A stretch of DNA of 31,447 bases, from positions 1 to 31,447 of the IMG/VR virus record IMGVR_UViG_3300032233_000328, one strand, 5' to 3'. The notes beneath the pieces were generated by a model that saw only the letters and a list, made by a program, of their open reading frames with translations, searched no databases and was not told the origin of the DNA. Origin of the DNA: a virus (lineage: Duplodnaviria; Caudoviricetes). How positions within the stretch are numbered: position 1 is the stretch's first letter; each line of letters opens with the position of its first letter. The position numbers were made by a program, and so were the translations under genes. Positions 7,053-15,440 of the stretch are shown here, piece after piece.

Positions 7053-7476
7053 GCCCAACCCATATGAAAGAATGAACGACTTTATGCAGAGATGTATGGG
7101 TGATGATAAGATGGTATCTGAATATGACACAGAACAACGTGCAGCGGTATGCCGTTCAGCATTTGAGGAAAATATGGCATCTGAGAAAGTTTCTTTTGAC
7201 TATGACGAAACACTAAGCACAGTTAAAGGAATGCAATTAGCAGAGGAATGGATCAATAAAAGCGCAGACGTATATATTATTTCAGCAAGGCAAGAAAAAG
7301 ACGGAATGTTAACACGTGCGAAGGCTTTGGCTATTCCTGAGAGTAGAGTATATGCTACAGGAAGCAATAAAGCAAAAGTAGAGAAGGTGAAAGAACTCGG
7401 TATAACAATACACTATGACAACAATGCGGAAGTGGTTAAGGAACTCGGAGAAGTCGGTAGGCTGTTTGGAAAGTGA
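7039..7476 (+). CDS. HAD-superfamily-like protein with N-terminal MPIPKP extension
   Basis: VSFDYDETL (DxD motif I), VYIISAR (motif II), KVEKV (motif III Lys), HYDNN (motif IV). Confidence 0.6.
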   Translation: MPIPKPNPYERMNDFMQRCMGDDKMVSEYDTEQRAAVCRSAFEENMASEKVSFDYDETLSTVKGMQLAEEWINKSADVYIISARQEKDGMLTRAKALAIPESRVYATGSNKAKVEKVKELGITIHYDNNAEVVKELGEVGRLFGK

Positions 7477-7654
7477 TTACTACATAGTATTCATAAACCC
7501 TGAGAGCCATCTTAAAACGTGGAACGCTCTAAAACTTATGCTGACTATAGCAGAAGCTAAGTACATAGTGTTTTATGACTACGAGATAGGTCTAATGGAG
7601 TTACATCCAGTAGATAAAGACGAATTTGAAGCATATACCTACAATCCTAATTAG
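7415..7654 (+). CDS. Hypothetical protein
   Basis: ORF track; the true start may be TTG 7466, which reduces the overlap. Confidence 0.5.
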   Translation: MTTMRKWLRNSEKSVGCLESDYYIVFINPESHLKTWNALKLMLTIAEAKYIVFYDYEIGLMELHPVDKDEFEAYTYNPN

Positions 7655-7749
7655 TGCAGTTAAATACACTTTTAGAAAGCAAACGTAAAGAATAAGAATA
7701 AAAGCAAACAAAAAGAGCAATATAAAGCACTTATTAAAACACGAAACAA

Positions 7750-8181
7750 ATGGGAAGACCTAATAAGATACACAGCCCAGAACATCTATGGGAGTTATTC
7801 CAAGACTATAAGAAGCATACTAAAGAAAACCCATTCATAGTAAAAGACTTTGTAGGTAAAGATGCTGAGATGGTATATAGAGAAAAGGAAAGACCTTTGA
7901 CAATAGAAGGTTTTGAAAACTATTGTGCAGACCAAGATGTAATACAAGATTTAGGAATGTATTTTAGTAATTCAAAAGGAAGGTATAAACGATTTTCTAC
8001 CATCTGTTCACGTATACGCAGGGAAGTGCGCTCAGACCAAATCGAAGGAGGTATGGCAGGAATGTATAATCCATCTATCACACAACGTTTAAATAGCCTT
8101 GTAGAGAAGACACAGACTACTATTATAGAACAACCCTTGTTTGATTTAGATTCCGAAGAAGATGCTGACGATAACGAATGA
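7750..8181 (+). CDS. terS: Terminase small subunit (P22 gp3-like DNA-packaging protein)
   Basis: MGRP...SPEHLWELFQDY...RPLTIEGF...DQIEGGMAGMYNPSITQRL; upstream of TerL. Confidence 0.85.
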   Translation: MGRPNKIHSPEHLWELFQDYKKHTKENPFIVKDFVGKDAEMVYREKERPLTIEGFENYCADQDVIQDLGMYFSNSKGRYKRFSTICSRIRREVRSDQIEGGMAGMYNPSITQRLNSLVEKTQTTIIEQPLFDLDSEEDADDNE

Positions 8182-8791
8182 GGATAATATGCTTTTAATG
8201 TCACGTTACCCCGACAAGTATTTTGACTTGGCTATTGTTGACCCGCCTTATGGGATTAATATGGATGGACAAAAGAAAAGTATAAATAAGAATCCTAAAC
8301 ATAACAGAAAGGAACACACTCAAAAGAATTGGGATAATGCAATACCTACTAAAGAATATTTTAACGAGTTAAAAAGAGTGTCGAAAAATCAAATAATTTG
8401 GGGGGCAAACTATTTTACTGAATATTTAAAACCAACAAAAGCTTGGATATTTTGGTATAAAGGGCAAAGAGATTTAACAATGTCAGATGGTGAAATGGCT
8501 TGGACTTCATTTGATACTGTTACAAGACAATTTGAATTAAATAGAGCTTCATTGATTGCTCAAAATACTTTTCATCCTACTGAAAAACCGTATAAATTAT
8601 ACAAATGGCTTTTAGCCAAATACGCCAAGCCTGAAGACAAAATACTTGACACACATTTAGGTAGCGGAAGCATTGCAATAGCTTGTCACGATTACGGATT
8701 TGATCTTACAACTTGTGAGCTTGACAAGGAGTACTTCGATAAAGCAATGCAAAGAATTAATAACCATACTGCACAAATAAAAATGTTTTAA
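8162..8791 (+). CDS. N6-adenine/N4-cytosine DNA methyltransferase (beta-class order)
   Basis: IVDPPYG, HPTEKP and ILDTHLGSGS motifs. Confidence 0.9.
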   Translation: MLTITNEDNMLLMSRYPDKYFDLAIVDPPYGINMDGQKKSINKNPKHNRKEHTQKNWDNAIPTKEYFNELKRVSKNQIIWGANYFTEYLKPTKAWIFWYKGQRDLTMSDGEMAWTSFDTVTRQFELNRASLIAQNTFHPTEKPYKLYKWLLAKYAKPEDKILDTHLGSGSIAIACHDYGFDLTTCELDKEYFDKAMQRINNHTAQIKMF

Positions 8792-9948
8792 TGTTCAAAG
8801 TAACTACTGCTATACGAAAGATACTTGCCTTAAAAAAACGGATTAAGATTATACAAGGCGGAACATCGGCAGGTAAGACATTCGGTATACTACCGATATT
8901 AATAGACAAAGCTGCAAGACATTCTGGATTAGAGATAAGCGTAGTAGCTGAGACTATTCCCCATTTGCGTAGAGGGGCTTTACGTGACTTCCTAAAGATA
9001 ATGAAATGGACTAACCGTTATCACGAAGAGCATTACAATAAGTCTCTTTTGAGATATGAGTTTGCAAACGGAAGCGTGATGGAGTTTTTTAGTGCTGACG
9101 ATGCAAGTAAGCTACGTGGTGCGAGAAGGGACATACTCTACATAAACGAATGTAACAACGTCACTTTTGAATCATACAACGAGTTAGCTATCCGTACAAA
9201 GAAAGAGGTTTACTTAGACTTTAACCCCGCTAATGAGTTTTGGGTGCATACGGAACTAAAAGACGAATCAGATTCTGATTTCATTATTCTTACTTACTTA
9301 GATAACGAAGCCTTAGACCAATCTATAGTAGAACAGATAGAGAAGAACAAGGAGAAAGCTAATACATCTGAGTATTGGCGTAACTGGTGGAATGTTTATG
9401 GACTTGGATTAGTAGGTAGCTTAGAAGGTGTCGTGTTCAATAATTGGAAAATAGTGGACATATTGCCAAAAGATGCACGGATGATTGGTGTAGGTTTAGA
9501 CTTTGGATATAGTGTAGATCCTACTTCGATAATAGAGGTCTACCAATACAACGGTCAGCGAATAGTAAACGAGAAAGTGTATAGAACGGGTATGCTTAAT
9601 TCTGACATAGCAAAGGAACTACATAAGAACGTTCCTGTATACGCTGATAGTGCAGAGCCTAAAAGCATAGAAGAGATACGCAGACACGGAATTACGATAA
9701 AAGGAGTAACCAAAGGAAAAGACTCTATTAACTACGGAATAGATGTAATGCAACGTCAGGACTATTTAGTGACATCTACAAGCACGAACCTAATCAAAGA
9801 ACTTAGAGCGTATTGCTGGGATACGGATAAGACAGGAGTAAGATTAAACAAACCTACGGGAACAGATCACGCTATAGATGCATTAAGATACCACGAGATG
9901 GAAACTTTAGGACTAAACACAAGCTATGGAACATACGCCATCCGTTGA
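8791..9948 (+). CDS. terL: Terminase large subunit (PBSX family)
   Basis: Walker A QGGTSAGKT, Walker B ILYINE, DFNP, nuclease GLDFG and DHAIDALRY. Confidence 0.95.
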   Translation: MFKVTTAIRKILALKKRIKIIQGGTSAGKTFGILPILIDKAARHSGLEISVVAETIPHLRRGALRDFLKIMKWTNRYHEEHYNKSLLRYEFANGSVMEFFSADDASKLRGARRDILYINECNNVTFESYNELAIRTKKEVYLDFNPANEFWVHTELKDESDSDFIILTYLDNEALDQSIVEQIEKNKEKANTSEYWRNWWNVYGLGLVGSLEGVVFNNWKIVDILPKDARMIGVGLDFGYSVDPTSIIEVYQYNGQRIVNEKVYRTGMLNSDIAKELHKNVPVYADSAEPKSIEEIRRHGITIKGVTKGKDSINYGIDVMQRQDYLVTSTSTNLIKELRAYCWDTDKTGVRLNKPTGTDHAIDALRYHEMETLGLNTSYGTYAIR

Positions 9949-10108
9949 AGAAATGGTAGCTATAGTACAAGAGTATATATACGAAAGAAAGCGTGTAAGA
10001 GTACGAATTGTATTTGACAACCCTATGAGTATGCGAAAGCATATAATAATGCTAAACGAGGCTTATTCATATGTATTAGCATATAGAAACAACACAAACA
10101 CGAATTAA
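9926..10108 (+). CDS. Hypothetical protein
   Basis: 60-aa ORF overlapping the TerL end. Confidence 0.55.
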   Translation: MEHTPSVEEMVAIVQEYIYERKRVRVRIVFDNPMSMRKHIIMLNEAYSYVLAYRNNTNTN

Positions 10109-10117
10109 AAGTTTTAA
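10090..10117 (+). promoter_or_regulatory. AAC-N17-GTT motif upstream of tail operon
   Basis: CAAC 10090-10093, AGTTTTAA 10110-10117, ATG at 10122. Confidence 0.6.
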
Positions 10118-10121
10118 TACT

Positions 10122-10808
10122 ATGAAGTTAGAATTACTAATACCAACAAGTTTAGACGAGATTCCATTAAAGCATTATCAGGAATTTAGAAAGACTGTTG
10201 ACACTTCAAACGATGCTGAGTTCATATCTGAAAAGATGGTGCAGTTATTCTGTGGCATAGAGTTAAAGGATGTAGTAAAGATAAAAGCTACTGACCTTTC
10301 GGATATGGTAGAACACTTCAACCGCATATTTGCGGTGAAACCAACCTTTAAACACCGCTTTAAGATAGGAGATATTGAATTTGGATTTATTCCAAACTTA
10401 GAACAGATTTCTTGGGGTGAATATATAGATGCTGAAAAGTATTTAAGTAGCTGGGATAATATGCACAAAGCTATGGCGGTGCTTTACAGGCCTATCAAAA
10501 ACACGAAAGGAGATAAGTACGAGATCATAGACTACGAAGGAACGGGTGAGTATGCCGAACTAATGAAGTTCACACCAGTAAGTATAGCAATGGGCGCATC
10601 GGTTTTTTTTTGGACTTTAGGACTCGAATTATTGGAGGCTTTAGCGGACTATTTGGAGAAGGAGACGAGGAAGATGAGCAAAGCGACTACAGCGAACAGT
10701 CACAGTTTGGGAAGCAATGGGGATGGTATCAGTCAATCTATGCAGCAGCTAAAGGAAATATTCTCGACTTCGATAGAGTCACAAAGCAGCCACTTGTTAA
10801 AGCACTAA
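10122..10808 (+). CDS. Putative tail assembly chaperone (gpG-like, zero frame)
   Basis: Contains a G GTT TTT TTT slippery run at 10601-10611; first gene of the tail cluster. Confidence 0.6.
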   Translation: MKLELLIPTSLDEIPLKHYQEFRKTVDTSNDAEFISEKMVQLFCGIELKDVVKIKATDLSDMVEHFNRIFAVKPTFKHRFKIGDIEFGFIPNLEQISWGEYIDAEKYLSSWDNMHKAMAVLYRPIKNTKGDKYEIIDYEGTGEYAELMKFTPVSIAMGASVFFWTLGLELLEALADYLEKETRKMSKATTANSHSLGSNGDGISQSMQQLKEIFSTSIESQSSHLLKH

Positions 10809-10882
10809 CGTTTCTAACATTTGAGAAGCAAAAGACGGAGATAGAAATTAGACAGATTAAAAAACAACAACAAAAATGGTAG
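10610..10882 (+). CDS. -1 frameshift extension (gpT-like) of the 10122 gene; fusion about 253 aa
   Basis: The -1 frame opens at the T9 run, has no ATG start, contains QFGKQWGWYQSIY and overlaps the next start at 10876. Confidence 0.7.
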   Translation: MDFRTRIIGGFSGLFGEGDEEDEQSDYSEQSQFGKQWGWYQSIYAAAKGNILDFDRVTKQPLVKALTFLTFEKQKTEIEIRQIKKQQQKW

Positions 10883-11331
10883 GATTTTATAGCGTAATTG
10901 ATAACATAAAGGCGGAACTTATAGCATCTCCGTTCGTAAATACAGTTACAGAAGGTAGCATCTTTGAAGTAGACTTAAACAAACAGACGATATTCCCTTT
11001 GTCACATATTATGGTAAATAATGTGAACATAGAGCAGAACGTGATGAGGTTTAACATTAGCGTTATTGCTATGGACATCGTAGATATATCTAAGAGTGAA
11101 ACAACGGATGTGTTTAAAGGGAACGACAACGAACAGGATGTGTTAAATACTCAGTTAGCAGTATGCCAAAGATTAGCAGCAAGTTTATTCAATGGTGATT
11201 TGTCAGATACAAACTACCAATTAGACGGAGTGCCAAGTTGCGAACCATTTACAGAGCGTTTTGAAAACTTGTTAGCTGGGTGGACTATGACCTTTGATAT
11301 TATAGTGCCTAACGAAATGAGTATTTGCTAA
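10876..11331 (+). CDS. Putative tail terminator / tail completion protein
   Basis: 151-aa acidic alpha/beta protein (FPLSHI...GWTMTFDI); position in the tail cluster. Confidence 0.5.
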   Translation: MVGFYSVIDNIKAELIASPFVNTVTEGSIFEVDLNKQTIFPLSHIMVNNVNIEQNVMRFNISVIAMDIVDISKSETTDVFKGNDNEQDVLNTQLAVCQRLAASLFNGDLSDTNYQLDGVPSCEPFTERFENLLAGWTMTFDIIVPNEMSIC

Positions 11332-11861
11332 TGCAAAAAGACGAAATACAAAAGGCTTTAGAGCGCTTTAGAGACCACGTAGTAAACCAAGCTAAACGAA
11401 ACCTTACCACTAAGGATAAAAACGTATCTAAGAAGCTACATCAGTCCATTAAAGGTGATGTTAAAGTAATGCCTAATTCCATTGGGATGTATTTTGCTAT
11501 GGAAGAGTACGGAGCGTACCAAGATCAGGGTGTAAGAGGTAAGCGCAGTTCTGCTAAAGCACCTAACTCTCCGTTTAAGTTTGGTTCGGGTACAGGGCGA
11601 AAAGGCGGACTTACTGAAGCAATGCAAAAATGGGTAGAAAGACGAAGAATTCAGTTCAAGAATAAGGACGGAAAATTTATGTCGTATAAATCTACTGCGT
11701 GGGTAATGACTAAAAGTATATACTCAAAAGGAATTAAACCGAGTTTATTTTTCACTAATCCATTTGAAGCAGCATACAAAAACTTACCTGAAGAGTTAAT
11801 AGATAAATACGGACTCGAAGCGAGTAAACTATTTTTTGATATAATTAAACAACCTAAATAA
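11325..11861 (+). CDS. Putative neck/tail morphogenesis protein (HK97 gp10-like)
   Basis: Basic protein with L..SI, YGAYQDQG and GIKPSLFFTNPFE patterns. Confidence 0.55.
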   Translation: MLMQKDEIQKALERFRDHVVNQAKRNLTTKDKNVSKKLHQSIKGDVKVMPNSIGMYFAMEEYGAYQDQGVRGKRSSAKAPNSPFKFGSGTGRKGGLTEAMQKWVERRRIQFKNKDGKFMSYKSTAWVMTKSIYSKGIKPSLFFTNPFEAAYKNLPEELIDKYGLEASKLFFDIIKQPK

Positions 11862-12937
11862 TGGCGAATATATTTGCACGTTCACCTTTCATAGTAGAAA
11901 TAAACGAAACAGGACAGATAGAAACTAAGGTAGAGTTATTTATTTGGAATGGTACGGGATCAGCCCCAGCATCTCCTACTTATACTTTAAGTAAGTTGAT
12001 TCCAGCACCTACAATAACACGAACTACCTACAATATATCGCCATATATCAAAGAGTATTTATCACACGTAGAATTTCAGAATAACTATAACGTAGGCAAC
12101 CAAGCGTTAACTACTACTGAGTGGTGTAATGTATCTGTAAAGAGATATAAGAAAATAAGCACATCTTTTGTTCAAGTAGGATCTACTACTACTTACAAAG
12201 CGTTTGATGGGTATACGCTCTACACGGAAGGATATAACGAAGACTTAGGAGATATTTTATTAGCTGCGAAAACGTATTATTTTCTATATGATTCCGCTGC
12301 GGTTTTAGCTACCGACACTTTAAAGAGGGCTGGGAGTATAACCTGGAATGCAACAGCTGGATATAAGGTTAAATACACGGAGTTGGTTACAGGCACTACA
12401 AACACGGTTACCATTCCATCAAGTGGTGTTGTTACTTCGTATAGAGTAAACCCTAACTACTACGACAACGGATGTCTCACGCAGATTACAGACGCATCTA
12501 ATAACGTTCTTTGGGAAGCTACATTTAAACCTAAGACAGAATGCCAATATGAGCCTATCTGCTGCGACTTTATTAACCGTTATGGTGCTTGGCAAAGGGA
12601 ATACTTTTTTAAGGCTTCTAAGCGCAATATAAACGTGGAAAACACGGAGTATAATTTGCTTCAGTCTAACCTTGTTAATTACGATGTATTAGAAGGTCAA
12701 AGAAAAACATTCAATACAAATTACTCTGAGGTTATTACTGTAAACACGGATTGGGTAAACGAAGACTTTTCTAATAACTTACAGGAGTTAATGACGAGTG
12801 AGCGGATTCTTTTAGATAACAGACCAGTTAAGATAAACACGAAAGCTACTGAGTTATTCAAACAGATCAATACTAAGATGATTAACTACACTTTAGAATT
12901 TCAATACGCAACTGATATAATCAATAACGTAGTATAA
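11861..12937 (+). CDS. Putative tail tip / distal tail protein
   Basis: Beta-rich, Thr/Tyr-rich 358 aa; FINRYGAWQ...ELMTSE; coupled to the next gene. Confidence 0.55.
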   Translation: MANIFARSPFIVEINETGQIETKVELFIWNGTGSAPASPTYTLSKLIPAPTITRTTYNISPYIKEYLSHVEFQNNYNVGNQALTTTEWCNVSVKRYKKISTSFVQVGSTTTYKAFDGYTLYTEGYNEDLGDILLAAKTYYFLYDSAAVLATDTLKRAGSITWNATAGYKVKYTELVTGTTNTVTIPSSGVVTSYRVNPNYYDNGCLTQITDASNNVLWEATFKPKTECQYEPICCDFINRYGAWQREYFFKASKRNINVENTEYNLLQSNLVNYDVLEGQRKTFNTNYSEVITVNTDWVNEDFSNNLQELMTSERILLDNRPVKINTKATELFKQINTKMINYTLEFQYATDIINNVV

Positions 12938-15288
12938 TGCGAAAGGTACAAGTATACATAGAAGGTCAAAGGTTAGAACTATTTGAAGACGAACAGATAC
13001 AAATTACTTCAAGCGTTCAGAACGTTCAGGATATAGCTAAAGTATTTACGGATTTCTCGCAAAGTTTTACCGTACCAGCTTCCGAACATAACAACCAAAT
13101 CTTCCAGCACTTCTACGAAACAGATGTAGACTCTACGTTAGATCATCAGCTAAGACGAAACGCAAAGATAGAAATAGACTTAGTCACTTTCAGAACGGGG
13201 AAGATTCAGTTAGAAAAAGCAAATTTAAAAAAGGGTAGAGTAGAAAACTATTCAGTTACTTTCTATGGTGATGTTAGAACGCTTCAGGATTACTTTGGGG
13301 ATGATAAATTAGCAGTATTAGATTTCTCTCCTTATACGAGCAGTTACTCAGGCGCAGAGGTGCAGTCACGAATCACAGACACTACAGACTACGACATCCG
13401 TTATCCTTTGATTAGTTCGGAGAGAGTATGGTCTTATAGTGACAATACAAGTACGGATATTTTTCATACAGGAACACGTATGAACTATTACGAGTTATTC
13501 CCAGCTATTAAAGTTAGAAGGGTATTTGATGCTATAGAAACGAAGTATGGTGTAGATTTTACAGGAACATTCTTAACAGATCAAAGATTTGACAAAGCAT
13601 TCCTTTATTTGAAAAACACGGAGTCTTTTGAATTTGCTACTGAGCCACAAAAAATAGATTTCACGTACTATAGTGGCTACGATACGACTTCACATATTGC
13701 CCGTAATGTATTTAACACTACAGACGATACTTTACATATAGAATACGATTCAGAAGATATATTCCCATCTTTAGGAACGCACAATATTAATTTTATATGT
13801 AACTCCGTTTCGAACTCTTCAGCAACTTATTATATTGACGTATACAACAACGGATTTTTAGAGACAACAATACAAGGACAAGGAACTGGAAATATTGACA
13901 CGCTGACCTATGAAAATCAAATAGGATTAGACAAGAATTTTTATTTCGTAGTAAGGGCAAATGCAGCTATTACAATTGACATAGATGTATATTACAATCA
14001 ATATAGGACCGAATATTACGACGATGGAAGTGGTACTTTACAAACTATTTATTTACTATACATATTTACCGCTACTACTGCTCCGCTTACGTTAGTCGCT
14101 AACTTAGATATAAACGGAAACATCCCTGATATGACAGTATCAGATTTTGTTAAAGGAGTACTTAAAGAATTTAATCTAACTATAGCACCTATAACCCAAA
14201 CATCTTTTGAGTTAATGCCATTAGAAGATTGGTATTCTAAAGGCAGAATAATAGACATAACAAAGTATACAGATATAGATAGTATAGATATTCAACGAGT
14301 GCCGTTATATAAGCGCATATCGTTTAAATATCAGCAGAGCGAATCTTTTATGAATGGTCAATTTTCAGATACATTCGGAAGAGAATACGGAAGTTTGGAG
14401 CAGACTTATGATTACGATGGCGCAGAATATTTAGTAGAGTCTCCATTTGAGAATTTATTACATAACAAATTTACTGGTACTGATCTTCAGGTAGGCTATT
14501 GCATTAATCGTAATTGGGGTAAGTATATTCCTAAACCTATGTTATTATATATGGCGGAGCAAAAGACGTGTAACTTTAAATTTAACAACGGTTCCTCTGT
14601 AGCTACTTTAACTAACTATATACCATTCGGACAAGACACGTATGCTAATAGTCAATACTATAGCTTAAACTTTGGGCCTGAGATTAGTTCTTTACGTGAT
14701 ATAGTAATTAACAATCATATCTTTAATACCTACTACTCTAATTACATAAATAACTTGTATGTAAAAAAGAATAGATTGGTATATGTTAAATGCTATCTAC
14801 CTCTTTCTATACTTGCTTCTATTCGTTTAAATGACCGTGTAGTAATACGAGATAAACGATACGTAATAAACGAGATGAGTTCTAACCTGACTACGGGAGA
14901 AGTGAACTTAGTTTTGCTTTTAGATTTTAGAAGATTCATTCGTAAGAAACCGAAATTTATTATAGATAAAGCTGGTGGAATTTTTAAGTCTCCGGTTATT
15001 TTACCAAACAAATGTGTACAAGCTGACATAGACGTAGGCACTACAGGAATAACGGCAACGCCTAACAGAATCTTTGTAGACACAAACGTAGAATTTAATA
15101 TCCCTGCTAATCCTGATCCAGCCTATTACCTAATCACGGAAGATAGTTATAGATTAGACACAGAAGATTTCTTTGATTTAAGAAGTGAAGAAGGGACATT
15201 TGACGTTTTAACTATTGTAATAACGTATACATACGAAGACGGAACTACAGAAAAAGAAGACTATCCATTTATATTATCTGACCTATGA
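12937..15288 (+). CDS. Putative baseplate hub / tail tip protein
   Basis: 783 aa; N-terminal FSQSFTVPAS..NN.IF pattern typical of Bacteroidota siphovirus tail proteins; adjacent to the tape measure gene. Confidence 0.6.
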   Translation: MRKVQVYIEGQRLELFEDEQIQITSSVQNVQDIAKVFTDFSQSFTVPASEHNNQIFQHFYETDVDSTLDHQLRRNAKIEIDLVTFRTGKIQLEKANLKKGRVENYSVTFYGDVRTLQDYFGDDKLAVLDFSPYTSSYSGAEVQSRITDTTDYDIRYPLISSERVWSYSDNTSTDIFHTGTRMNYYELFPAIKVRRVFDAIETKYGVDFTGTFLTDQRFDKAFLYLKNTESFEFATEPQKIDFTYYSGYDTTSHIARNVFNTTDDTLHIEYDSEDIFPSLGTHNINFICNSVSNSSATYYIDVYNNGFLETTIQGQGTGNIDTLTYENQIGLDKNFYFVVRANAAITIDIDVYYNQYRTEYYDDGSGTLQTIYLLYIFTATTAPLTLVANLDINGNIPDMTVSDFVKGVLKEFNLTIAPITQTSFELMPLEDWYSKGRIIDITKYTDIDSIDIQRVPLYKRISFKYQQSESFMNGQFSDTFGREYGSLEQTYDYDGAEYLVESPFENLLHNKFTGTDLQVGYCINRNWGKYIPKPMLLYMAEQKTCNFKFNNGSSVATLTNYIPFGQDTYANSQYYSLNFGPEISSLRDIVINNHIFNTYYSNYINNLYVKKNRLVYVKCYLPLSILASIRLNDRVVIRDKRYVINEMSSNLTTGEVNLVLLLDFRRFIRKKPKFIIDKAGGIFKSPVILPNKCVQADIDVGTTGITATPNRIFVDTNVEFNIPANPDPAYYLITEDSYRLDTEDFFDLRSEEGTFDVLTIVITYTYEDGTTEKEDYPFILSDL

Positions 15289-15440
15289 TTAAGCACATAT
15301 TAGACATCCTAAAACTCGATGATTTCTACGGAAAGTCGGACTACATAGATATAGCTAAAGGAAGATATAAAATACCTACTTCTATTCGTGAAGCATACAA
15401 ACAAGGGAAACGTAAGTTAAAAGAAAAAGACTATAAGTAA
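15285..15440 (+). CDS. Small hypothetical protein (51 aa; not in ORF track)
   Basis: ATGA and TAATG overlaps at both ends; MIKHILDILKLDDFYGKSDYIDIAKGRYK... Confidence 0.7.
   Translation: MIKHILDILKLDDFYGKSDYIDIAKGRYKIPTSIREAYKQGKRKLKEKDYK

Noticed and set aside
11869-11876. TATATTTG matching the Bacteroidota -7 element
   Set aside because: It lies within codons 3-6 of a tail gene with no downstream start nearby; likely chance.
15396-15422. TAC-N17-GTT near-match upstream of the tape measure gene
   Set aside because: Mismatch in the AAC element and located inside a coupled small ORF.
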